Below, piece by piece: positions 17,661 to 25,680 of a stretch of DNA of 33,493 nucleotides (its first letter is position 1; every line of letters begins with the position of its first letter). Position numbers and translations under genes: made by a program. This DNA is from a virus. Its lineage: Duplodnaviria > Heunggongvirae > Uroviricota > Caudoviricetes. The DNA is taken from IMG/VR virus record IMGVR_UViG_2579779076_000013. One strand, given 5' to 3'. Under the pieces are notes generated by a model. That model was not told the origin of the DNA, made no database searches, and was given only the letters and a program-made list of their open reading frames with translations.

Positions 17661-18054
17661 AGCGGTGCCTTATGTCCGCAATAACCCGGACAAACTGCAT
17701 CTGTTTGTGGATAACGGTTCGCTGGTTGCCACGGGGGCCAGCTCCATGTCATGGGAGTACCGCTACACCCTGAACGTGGTGATTGAGGATTTCAGCGGCG
17801 ACCAGAATCTGCTGATGGCCCCGGTTTTGCTGTGGTTGCGGGATAACCAGCCCGATGCCATCAATAACCCGGCGTTACGGGAAAAGCTATTCACCTTTGA
17901 GGTGGATATTCTGCGCAACGATGTCTGTGATATCAGCCTTAACCTGCAACTGACGGAGCGTGTGCTGGTCAGCACTGACGGCAGTGTGTCGAACGTTGAA
18001 GCGGTAGCGGAACCTGATGAACCTGAAGAAATGTGGACGGTGAAACGTGGCTGA
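17623..18054 (+). CDS. R: tail completion protein gpR
   Basis: GTG at 17623 with AGGAG RBS is preferred over the track's ATG at 17602. Conserved YTLNVVIEDFSGD region. Confidence 0.75.
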   Translation: MNKPQSLRHALNKAVPYVRNNPDKLHLFVDNGSLVATGASSMSWEYRYTLNVVIEDFSGDQNLLMAPVLLWLRDNQPDAINNPALREKLFTFEVDILRNDVCDISLNLQLTERVLVSTDGSVSNVEAVAEPDEPEEMWTVKRG

Positions 18055-18493
18055 ACTGCAGAAGGTGGACGACTGGCTGAGTGCATTATTGGCGAATCTG
18101 GAGCCAGCCGCAAGAAGCCGCATGATGCGCCAGCTGGCGCAGGAACTGCGCCGGACACAGCAGCAGAACATCAGGATGCAGCGCAATCCAGATGGCAGCA
18201 GTTATGAGCCGCGCAGGGTAACAGCACGCAGCAAAAAGGGGCGCATCAAACGTCAGATGTTTGCGAAGCTGCGCACCACAAAATACCTGAAAACTGCCGC
18301 CAGCGCCGACTCTGCCAGCGTGCAGTTTGAAGGCAAGGTGCAGCGCATTGCCCGCGTTCATCACTACGGCCTGCGTGATCGCGTCAGTCGCAAAGGACCT
18401 GAGGTCCGTTATGCAGAGCGTCGTTTGTTAGGGGGGAATGATGAAGTAGAAACTCGAACTAGGAATATCCTAGTTCGATGGCTTATAAGTTAG
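18047..18493 (+). CDS. S: tail completion / virion morphogenesis protein gpS
   Basis: 148 aa at the P2 S position. The 3' end runs into AT-rich sequence and a hairpin. Confidence 0.8.
   Translation: MAELQKVDDWLSALLANLEPAARSRMMRQLAQELRRTQQQNIRMQRNPDGSSYEPRRVTARSKKGRIKRQMFAKLRTTKYLKTAASADSASVQFEGKVQRIARVHHYGLRDRVSRKGPEVRYAERRLLGGNDEVETRTRNILVRWLIS
18454..18478. repeat. perfect 11-bp inverted repeat with 3-nt loop at the S / moron convergent junction
   Basis: TCGAACTAGGA-ata-TCCTAGTTCGA, read directly from the sequence. Confidence 0.5.
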
Positions 18494-19149
18494 CTCTTAT
18501 TTTTGGATGAGCGTAAAAGACTCATTAATTCTATGATGATTTTTTCTTGAAGTAGATTGGGGGTTTTTTCGAAACTTACATTGTGTTCACGTAATGTTTG
18601 AATGATTTTGCCGAACTCATCAGTATCACCTTGCGATAGTAAGAATGCAATTCTCTGGTTGTCATAGTCGTTGCTCATTTGCATGTTGTATTTAATGAAC
18701 ACAATAAATAACCGAAGTATATATCCAGTGAATAATATTCCAGATAAGATTAGTAAATAAGGTGCCGCGGTTTCAATGGCTTTTTCAAAGGTGCTTTTAG
18801 TATTTAGGTATGTTGAATTAATACCTGATTCATTTTTTTTGATTATCGGGTTTGAATTTTTTGAAGCGTTGAGGTTTTCTGATGCTTGTGCAAGTTTATC
18901 AGTTAACTGTTGCATGATGGTGAACTTTTCGAAAGCAGATTCTATTTGCTGAGAGCTCAATCTAAGTGAGGCAAGTGCATTGTCACGCTTATTACTTTCT
19001 GCTTTATAAAAAATATAAGTTGCAGGAATGCAGAGTACAGCAGTTAATAAAATATATAAAAATAAGAGCGTAGTAATTTTAGAGCGGCTAGCTCGTTTTT
19101 CCATTGTTTTCAATATTTCGTTATATTTTTGTTCGTCAAGAACCATCAT
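18490..19149 (-). CDS. two-transmembrane membrane protein (antisense AT-rich moron between S and V)
   Basis: ORF track 18490..19251; the internal ATG at 19149 (AAGGA upstream) is preferred because the longer form overlaps the V start. Two TM segments (ITTLLFLYILLTAVLCIPATYIFY, AAPYLLILSGILFTGYILRLFIVFI) flank a roughly 100-aa Ser/Asn/Lys-rich region. Confidence 0.6.
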   Translation of the reverse strand: MMVLDEQKYNEILKTMEKRASRSKITTLLFLYILLTAVLCIPATYIFYKAESNKRDNALASLRLSSQQIESAFEKFTIMQQLTDKLAQASENLNASKNSNPIIKKNESGINSTYLNTKSTFEKAIETAAPYLLILSGILFTGYILRLFIVFIKYNMQMSNDYDNQRIAFLLSQGDTDEFGKIIQTLREHNVSFEKTPNLLQEKIIIELMSLLRSSKNKS

Positions 19150-19241
19150 CTTAAATTTTATCCTTGGAAGATACATTGTGCCATTTATAGCACAATGTAC
19201 CTGATCTACCGTAGAAGTCGATAATTCATCATCCTTAGTAG

Positions 19242-19820
19242 ATGAACGCACAACTAACAGAAATCATGCGCCTTATCACCAACCTGATCCGCACAGGGGT
19301 AGTCACCGAAGTGGACCGGGAAAACTGGCTTTGCCGGGTGAAAACGGGCGAGCTTGAAACCAACTGGATCAGCTGGCTGACGCTGCGTGCCGGGAATGCC
19401 CGCACATGGTGGCGACCATCGGAAGGTGAGCAGGTGGTGGTGCTGAGTCTGGGAGGCAATCTGGAAACTGCCTTTGCGTTGCCCGCTGTCTATTCGAATC
19501 AGTTCGCGCCACCTTCGACGTCGGCGGACGCCTGCGTGACAGAACATCCTGACGGTGGCTGGTTTGAATACGAACCCGCCACCGGGCGCTGGTATGTCAG
19601 GGGCATCAAATCCATGGTCATTGAGGCTGCCGACAACATCACCCTGAAAACCAGTGAGTTTGTGCTGGAGGCTGACCGCACGCGTATTAACAGCGAAGTA
19701 GTGATCAATGGTGGCGTTATCCAGGGCGGCGGTGCAATGAGTTCTAACGGAATTGTGGTTGATGCACATCAGCATACTGGCGTCCTGAAAGGCGGCGATA
19801 CAACCGGAGGCCCGGTATGA
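19242..19820 (+). CDS. V: baseplate spike protein gpV
   Basis: 192 aa with strong resemblance to P2 gpV (TWWRPSEGEQVVVLSLGGNLETAFALP..., SSNGIVVDAHQHTG). Confidence 0.9.
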   Translation: MNAQLTEIMRLITNLIRTGVVTEVDRENWLCRVKTGELETNWISWLTLRAGNARTWWRPSEGEQVVVLSLGGNLETAFALPAVYSNQFAPPSTSADACVTEHPDGGWFEYEPATGRWYVRGIKSMVIEAADNITLKTSEFVLEADRTRINSEVVINGGVIQGGGAMSSNGIVVDAHQHTGVLKGGDTTGGPV

Positions 19821-20176
19821 CGCTTTATAGCGGGATGAACAATACCAGCGGCAAAGTCATTACTGATATTGACCATCTGCGCCAGTCGGTGCGGGACATT
19901 CTGCTGACGCCGCAGGGTAGCCGCATTGCCCGTCGGGAATATGGTTCCCTGCTGTCGGCACTGATAGACCAGCCACAAAATCCGGCGTTACGCCTGCAGG
20001 TCATGTCGGCAGTGTATGTGGCGCTGAGTCGCTGGGAGCCACGGCTGATGCTGGATTCCATCACCATCAACAGCAACTTTGACGGTTCTATGGTGGTGGA
20101 GCTGACCGGGCGGCGGAATAACGGTGTGCCTGTGTCCCTTTCCGTATCAACAGGAGCAGAGAATGGCAGTGATTGA
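19817..20176 (+). CDS. W: baseplate wedge protein gpW
   Basis: 119 aa, coupled to V, at the P2 W position. Confidence 0.85.
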   Translation: MTLYSGMNNTSGKVITDIDHLRQSVRDILLTPQGSRIARREYGSLLSALIDQPQNPALRLQVMSAVYVALSRWEPRLMLDSITINSNFDGSMVVELTGRRNNGVPVSLSVSTGAENGSD

Positions 20177-21071
20177 CCTTTCGCAGTTGCCTGCACCGCA
20201 GATTGTGGATGTGCCGGACTTTGAGACGCTGCTTGCCGAACGCAAGGCTGAATTTGTGGCGCTTCATCCTAAAGATGAACAGGAAGCCGTGATCCGTACG
20301 CTGGAACTGGAATCTGAACCCGTCACCAAATTGTTGCAGGAGAACGCTTACCGTGAGTTGCTTCTGCGCCAGCGCATTAACGAAGCCGCGCAGGCGGTGA
20401 TGGTGGCTTACGCGATGGGCGGCGATCTTGACCAGCTCGCTGCCAACTACAACGTGAAACGCCTGACGGTGACGCCTGCTGATAATGATGCTGTGCCGCC
20501 CGTTGCGGCTGTGATGGAAAGTGATGAAGCGTTACGCCTGCGTGTGCCTGCAGCCTTTGAAGGGCTTTCAGTTGCGGGGCCAACTGCAGCTTATGAATTT
20601 CATGCCCGAAGCGCCGACGGTCGGGTGGCGGATGCCAGTGCAACCAGCCCGGCACCTGCAGAGGTGGTGCTGACTGTCCTTAGCCGCGAAGGCGATGGAA
20701 CTGCAGAAAAAGACCTGCTGGACGTGGTGGAAAAAGCTCTGAACAGTGAGAACGTCCGCCCGGTGGCTGACCGTCTTACGGTTCGCAGCGCAGAAATCAT
20801 CCCGTATCGCGTGGAAGCCACCATTTTTCTCTATCCGGGACCGGAAGCAGAGCCGGTAATGGCAGCGGCAAAAGCCAGTCTGCAGAAGTACATTGCCAGC
20901 CAGACGAGGCTTGGTCGGGATATTCGCCGTAGCGCCATCTTTGCTGCTCTGCATGTTGAGGGTGTTCAACGTGTGGAACTGGCTTCTCCGCTGGCGGATG
21001 TGGTCCTGAACAAAACACAGGCGGCATCATGTACGCAGTGGAGCGTAACCAACGGAGGAACGGATGAATAG
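20163..21071 (+). CDS. J: baseplate protein gpJ
   Basis: ATG at 20163 with AGGAG RBS (the track's longer form starts at 20124). Confidence 0.85.
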   Translation: MAVIDLSQLPAPQIVDVPDFETLLAERKAEFVALHPKDEQEAVIRTLELESEPVTKLLQENAYRELLLRQRINEAAQAVMVAYAMGGDLDQLAANYNVKRLTVTPADNDAVPPVAAVMESDEALRLRVPAAFEGLSVAGPTAAYEFHARSADGRVADASATSPAPAEVVLTVLSREGDGTAEKDLLDVVEKALNSENVRPVADRLTVRSAEIIPYRVEATIFLYPGPEAEPVMAAAKASLQKYIASQTRLGRDIRRSAIFAALHVEGVQRVELASPLADVVLNKTQAASCTQWSVTNGGTDE

Positions 21072-21669
21072 TCTGCTGCCACCGGGTTCAACTTCACTGG
21101 AGCGCCGACTGGCGCAAACCTGTAGCGGGATTTCTGATCTGCAGGTGCCGCTGCGTGACTTGTGGAATCCGGCTACCTGTCCGGTCAGCTTCCTGCCTTA
21201 TCTCGCTTGGGCGTTCTCTGTGGATCGCTGGGACGAGGGCTGGACAGAAAGCGTCAAACGCCAGGTAGTGAAGGATGCTTTTTATATTCATCAGCATAAA
21301 GGAACCACCAGTGCCGTGCGGCGGGTGGTGGAACCGTTCGGATTCCTGATCCGCATTATTGAGTGGTGGCAGACCGGGGAAACACCGGGCACGTTTCGCC
21401 TGGATATCGGCGTGCAGGACCAGGGCATCACTGAAGATACCTATCTGGAACTTGAGCGGCTGATAAGCGATGCCAAACCATGTAGCCGTCACATGATCGG
21501 CATGTCCATCAATCTGCAGACCAGCGGTCCGCATTGGGTGGGGGCCGCCAGCTATCTTGGCGAAGAAATCACGATCTATCCGTATATCAACGAAACAATT
21601 ATTTCCGGCGGCACCGCGCATGAAGGCGGGGCGGTCCATGTTATTGACACAATGAGAGTGAATCCATGA
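21064..21669 (+). CDS. I: baseplate protein gpI
   Basis: 201 aa, coupled to J and H. Confidence 0.85.
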   Translation: MNSLLPPGSTSLERRLAQTCSGISDLQVPLRDLWNPATCPVSFLPYLAWAFSVDRWDEGWTESVKRQVVKDAFYIHQHKGTTSAVRRVVEPFGFLIRIIEWWQTGETPGTFRLDIGVQDQGITEDTYLELERLISDAKPCSRHMIGMSINLQTSGPHWVGAASYLGEEITIYPYINETIISGGTAHEGGAVHVIDTMRVNP

Positions 21670-22745
21670 GCACAAAATTTTATACCCTGCTGACGGATAT
21701 TGGCGCGGCGAAACTTGCCAGCGCCGCCGCGCTCGGTGTGCCTTTAAAAATTACCCATATGGCGGTCGGCGATGGCGGCGGAACATTGCCAACGCCGGAC
21801 GCAAAGCAGACAGCATTGGTAAATGAGAAACGCCGGGCTGCGCTGAATATGCTCTATATCGAACCGCAGAACAGCAGCCAGATTATTGCTGAACAGGTGA
21901 TCCCTGAAAACGAGGGCGGTTGGTGGATACGTGAAGTGGGCCTGTTTGATGAATCCGGGGCATTGATTGCCGTGGGCAACTGCCCGGAAAGCTATAAGCC
22001 GCAACTGGCTGAAGGCAGCGGGCGCACCCAGACCGTGCGCATGGTGCTGATTACCAGCAGTACGGACAATATCACCCTGAAAATCGACCCTGCTGTAGTG
22101 CTGGCAACCCGCAAGTATGTGGATGACAAGGCACTGGAGCTGAAGGTGTACGTGGATGACCTGATGGCAAAACATCTTGCTGCACCGGACCCGCATTCAC
22201 AGTATGCACAGAAAGAAAGTCCGGCGTTTACCGGGACACCAAAAGCGCCAACGCCAGCGGCGGGGAATAATACTACGCAGCTTGCGACCACCGCGTTTGT
22301 TCAGGCGGCACTGACAGCCCTTATTAATGGTGCGCCAGCCACACTGGACACACTGAAAGAAATAGCCGCAGCCATTAACAATGATCCGAAATTCAGTACC
22401 ACCATTAACAATGCGCTGGCACAAAAAGCGCCGCTGTCGAGTCCTGCACTCACCGGAACGCCAACAGCACCTACTGCGGCACAGTCGGTCAACAATACAC
22501 AGATTGCCACTACAGCTTTTGTGAAATCGGCGATTGCAGCAATGGTGGGGTCTGCACCTGCGGCACTGGATACATTGAACGAACTGGCAGCGGCGCTGGG
22601 GAATGACCCGAACTTTGCCACGACAATGCTTAATGCGCTGGCAGGTAAACAACCGCTGGACAATACGCTGACTAATTTGAGTGGAAAGGATGTAGCTGGT
22701 CTTCTCGCATACCTTCGTTTAAGAAAATGCAGAGGTAACAGCTAA
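21666..22745 (+). CDS. H: tail fibre protein gpH, apparently the constant N-terminal part only (likely truncated)
   Basis: 359 aa with two copies of a fibre repeat (ATTAFVQAALTALINGAPATLDTLKEIAAAINNDPKF / ATTAFVKSAIAAMVGSAPAALDTLNELAAALGNDPNF). Ends ...LSGKDVAGLLAYL then RLRKCRGNS-stop, exactly at a hix/gix-like site. Confidence 0.7.
   Translation: MSTKFYTLLTDIGAAKLASAAALGVPLKITHMAVGDGGGTLPTPDAKQTALVNEKRRAALNMLYIEPQNSSQIIAEQVIPENEGGWWIREVGLFDESGALIAVGNCPESYKPQLAEGSGRTQTVRMVLITSSTDNITLKIDPAVVLATRKYVDDKALELKVYVDDLMAKHLAAPDPHSQYAQKESPAFTGTPKAPTPAAGNNTTQLATTAFVQAALTALINGAPATLDTLKEIAAAINNDPKFSTTINNALAQKAPLSSPALTGTPTAPTAAQSVNNTQIATTAFVKSAIAAMVGSAPAALDTLNELAAALGNDPNFATTMLNALAGKQPLDNTLTNLSGKDVAGLLAYLRLRKCRGNS
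22702..22727. other. hix/gix-like 26-bp recombination site (single copy)
   Basis: TTCTCGCATACC-TT-CGTTTAAGAAAA matches my recollection of hixL at 17/26 and gix at 15/26 positions. Sits at the 3' end of H, just upstream of the invertase gene. Confidence 0.35.
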
Positions 22746-22782
22746 CTGGCATCATCTCCGGTTTTTATTCAGGGGGATGATC

Positions 22783-23349
22783 ATGCTTATTGGCTATGTA
22801 CGCGTGTCAACAAATGACCAGAACACCGATTTGCAACGTAATGCACTGAACTGCGCGGGATGTGAGCGGATTTTTGAGGACAAAATCAGTGGCACTAAGT
22901 CCGACAGACCGGGGCTGAAAAAACTACTCAGGACACTATCGGCAGGAGACACGCTGGTTGTCTGGAAGCTGGACAGGTTAGGGCGCAGTATGCGGCATCT
23001 TGTTACGCTGATAGAAGAGTTGCGCCAGCGTGGCGTGAATTTCCGAAGCCTGACTGACAGTATTGATACCAGTACCCCAATGGGCCGTTTCTTTTTTCAT
23101 GTCATGGGTGCCCTGGCTGAAATGGAACGCGAACTGATAGTTGAACGTACCAGGGCAGGGCTGGCTGCAGCTCGTGTTAAAGGCAGAGTAGGTGGACGCC
23201 GTCCTAAGTTGACCAGCGAACAGTGGGCACAGATTGGGCGTTTACTCAAGGCCGGAGAATCAAGACAGCGTATTGCACTGATTTTTGATGTAGGCGTTTC
23301 TACCATTTATCGAAAATTTCCGGCAAATAAGAGCAATGAATCTCCCTGA
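22783..23349 (+). CDS. serine DNA invertase (Gin/Cin/Pin/Hin family)
   Basis: MLIGYVRVSTNDQNTDLQRNAL...TLVVWKLDRLGRSM...GRFFFHVMGALAEMERELIVERT is near-identical in pattern to Gin/Hin. C-terminal HTH. GGGGG RBS 6 nt upstream of ATG 22783. Confidence 0.9.
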   Translation: MLIGYVRVSTNDQNTDLQRNALNCAGCERIFEDKISGTKSDRPGLKKLLRTLSAGDTLVVWKLDRLGRSMRHLVTLIEELRQRGVNFRSLTDSIDTSTPMGRFFFHVMGALAEMERELIVERTRAGLAAARVKGRVGGRRPKLTSEQWAQIGRLLKAGESRQRIALIFDVGVSTIYRKFPANKSNESP

Positions 23350-23397
23350 ATCAGCTTTATTTTGATTATCCCTGAAAGCAGACAAATACCGTCATTT

Positions 23398-23415
23398 TGT
23401 GTGAATAACGGTACA
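23398..23415. promoter_or_regulatory. late-promoter activator (Ogr-type) site TGT-N12-ACA upstream of FI
   Basis: TGTGTGAATAACGGTACA centred about 85 bp upstream of the FI ATG, with a -10-like CAATAACT downstream. Confidence 0.5.
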
Positions 23416-23491
23416 ACTGCGCTTAGCTGTTTGTCAGGCACAATAACTTCAACATAGGGCGAAGCCTAATCCAATCAGGAGGTTCGCCACT

Positions 23492-24664
23492 ATGGCTCAG
23501 GATTACCACCACGGGGTGCGCGTTGTTGAAGTCAACGAAGGCACCCGATCTATTACCACGGTGAGCACCGCCATCGTGGGTATGGTCTGCACGGGCGATG
23601 ATGCCGATGCAAAAATGTTTCCTCTTAATAAACCCGTGCTGATCACTGATGTGCTGACTGCCAGCGGTAAAGCGGGTGAGTCCGGCACGCTGGCCCGTTC
23701 GCTGGATGCCATCGCTGACCAGGCAAAACCCGTGACCGTTGTTGTGCGTGTGCCGCAGGGTGAAACGGAAGAAGAAACCACGACCAATATCATCGGCGCA
23801 GTGACTGCTGAAGGTAAAAAAACAGGCATGAAAGCTCTGTTATCTGCCCAGTCACAGCTCGGCGTTAAACCGCGCATTCTCGGCGTGCCAGGCCATGATA
23901 ACAAAGCCGTTGCGACTGAGTTGCTGAGCGTGGCGCAAAGCCTGCGTGGGTTTGCTTACCTGTCAGCGTATGGCTGCAAGACAGTGCAGGAGGCGATCAC
24001 TTACCGTGAAAACTTCAGTCAGCGTGAAGGAATGCTGATCTGGCCCGACTTTACTGGCTGGGACACGGTGCTGAATGCCGAAGCAACGGCTTATGCCACC
24101 GCCCGTGCGCTTGGTCTGCGCGCCAAAATTGACGAGCAGACCGGATGGCACAAAAGCCTGTCCAACGTGGGCGTAAACGGTGTCACCGGAATTTCTGCTG
24201 ATGTGTTCTGGGATCTGCAGGACCCGGCAACCGATGCGGGACTGCTGAACCAGAACGACGTCACCACCCTTATCCGCAAAGACGGTTTTCGCTTCTGGGG
24301 TTCCCGCTGCCTGAGTGATGACCCGCTCTTTGCCTTCGAAAACTACACCCGCACGGCGCAGGTGCTGACGGACACAATGGCAGAAGCGCACATGTGGGCA
24401 GTGGACAAACCGCTGAACCCGTCGCTGGCGCGCGACATCATCGAGGGCATCCGCGCCAAAATGCGCAGCCTGGTCAGTCAGGGGTATCTCATTGGTGGTG
24501 ATTGCTGGCTGGACGAGTCGGTGAACGACAAAGACACGCTGAAAGCCGGAAAACTCACCATCGACTACGACTATACGCCAGTGCCGCCACTTGAAAACCT
24601 GATGTTGCGTCAGCGCATCACCGATCAGTACCTGGTGAATTTCGCCAGCCAGGTCAGCGCGTAA
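23492..24664 (+). CDS. FI: tail sheath protein gpFI
   Basis: 390 aa at the P2 FI position; AGGAGG RBS. Confidence 0.9.
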   Translation: MAQDYHHGVRVVEVNEGTRSITTVSTAIVGMVCTGDDADAKMFPLNKPVLITDVLTASGKAGESGTLARSLDAIADQAKPVTVVVRVPQGETEEETTTNIIGAVTAEGKKTGMKALLSAQSQLGVKPRILGVPGHDNKAVATELLSVAQSLRGFAYLSAYGCKTVQEAITYRENFSQREGMLIWPDFTGWDTVLNAEATAYATARALGLRAKIDEQTGWHKSLSNVGVNGVTGISADVFWDLQDPATDAGLLNQNDVTTLIRKDGFRFWGSRCLSDDPLFAFENYTRTAQVLTDTMAEAHMWAVDKPLNPSLARDIIEGIRAKMRSLVSQGYLIGGDCWLDESVNDKDTLKAGKLTIDYDYTPVPPLENLMLRQRITDQYLVNFASQVSA

Positions 24665-24673
24665 GGGGACAAC

Positions 24674-25189
24674 ATGGCTTTACCACGCAAATTAAAACAT
24701 CTGAACCTGTTTAACGACGGGAACAACTGGCAGGGGATCGTTGAGTCGCTGACGCTGCCGAAATTCACCCGCAAATATGAGAAGTATCGCGGCGGCGGAA
24801 TGCCGGGTGCAGTGGATGTGGATCTGGGGCTTGATGATAGTGCGCTGGACACAGAATTTTCCATTGGTGGTACTGAACTGCTGCTGTTTAAGCAGATGGG
24901 CAAAGCCACGGTGGATGGCATCCAGTTGCGCTTTACCGGCTCTATCCAGCGTGACGATACCGGGGAAGTGCAGGCCGTGGAGCTTGTGGTGCGAGGACGT
25001 CACAAAGAAGTGGATTCCGGTGAGTGGAAGACGGGCGAAAGCAACACCACCAAAGTGACCAGTACCAACAGCTACGCGAAGCTGACCATCAATGGTGAGG
25101 TGCTCTATGAAGTGGACCTTATCAACATGGTGGAAATTGTGGACGGTGTGGACCTGATGGAAGCGCACCGCAACGCCCTCGGGCTCTGA
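24674..25189 (+). CDS. FII: tail tube protein gpFII
   Basis: 171 aa directly after FI. Confidence 0.9.
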   Translation: MALPRKLKHLNLFNDGNNWQGIVESLTLPKFTRKYEKYRGGGMPGAVDVDLGLDDSALDTEFSIGGTELLLFKQMGKATVDGIQLRFTGSIQRDDTGEVQAVELVVRGRHKEVDSGEWKTGESNTTKVTSTNSYAKLTINGEVLYEVDLINMVEIVDGVDLMEAHRNALGL

Positions 25190-25243
25190 TGTATCTGAAC
25201 GGCGCGGGATTCCGCGCCAGAACCCAATTTACAGGACAACAAA

Positions 25244-25546
25244 ATGAGCGATAAGCAGACTGAAAAGACCATTCAACTGGATACCCCTATCAAGCGCGGT
25301 AAAACAGAAATTACCGAAATTGTGCTGCGTAAACCGCAGTCCGGTGCGCTGCGCGGTACACGCCTGCAGGCCATTATGGATATGGATGTGAACGCGATGA
25401 TGACCGTGATCCCCCGCATCTCCAGTCCGGCACTGACTGCACAGGAAATTGCAGAGATGGACCCGGCAGATCTCACTGCCATGTCGGTTGAGGTTGTCAC
25501 TTTTTTGTTGAAGAAGTCGGTGCTTGCCGGTTTACCGACAGCCTGA
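25244..25546 (+). CDS. E: tail assembly chaperone gpE
   Basis: 100-aa ORF preceding the tape measure gene, with a slippery heptamer near its 3' end. Confidence 0.8.
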   Translation: MSDKQTEKTIQLDTPIKRGKTEITEIVLRKPQSGALRGTRLQAIMDMDVNAMMTVIPRISSPALTAQEIAEMDPADLTAMSVEVVTFLLKKSVLAGLPTA

Positions 25547-25680
25547 CGGTTGACGATCTGGTGGCAGATATCGCCACCATTTTTCACTGGCCGCCATCCG
25601 TTACTGACGTTATGCCGCTGACCGAAGTGCTGGGATGGCGGTATAAAGCGATTCAGAGAAGCGGGGCCAACGATGAGTGA
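25244..25680 (+). CDS. gpE+E' fusion made by programmed -1 frameshift
   Basis: Slippery T TTT TTG at 25501..25507. The -1 frame is open from there to TGA at 25678..25680, overlapping the T start (ATG 25673). Confidence 0.6.

Noticed and set aside
19150-19251. N-terminal 34 codons of the S-V moron ORF
   Set aside because: They would overlap the divergent V start codon; an internal ATG-ATG with an upstream AAGGA is more plausible.
22197-22663. Cys/Arg-rich minus-strand ORFs inside H, as a possible inverted fibre segment
   Set aside because: They are antisense frames of the H fibre repeats and show no fibre or chaperone-like sequence; no second crossover site found.
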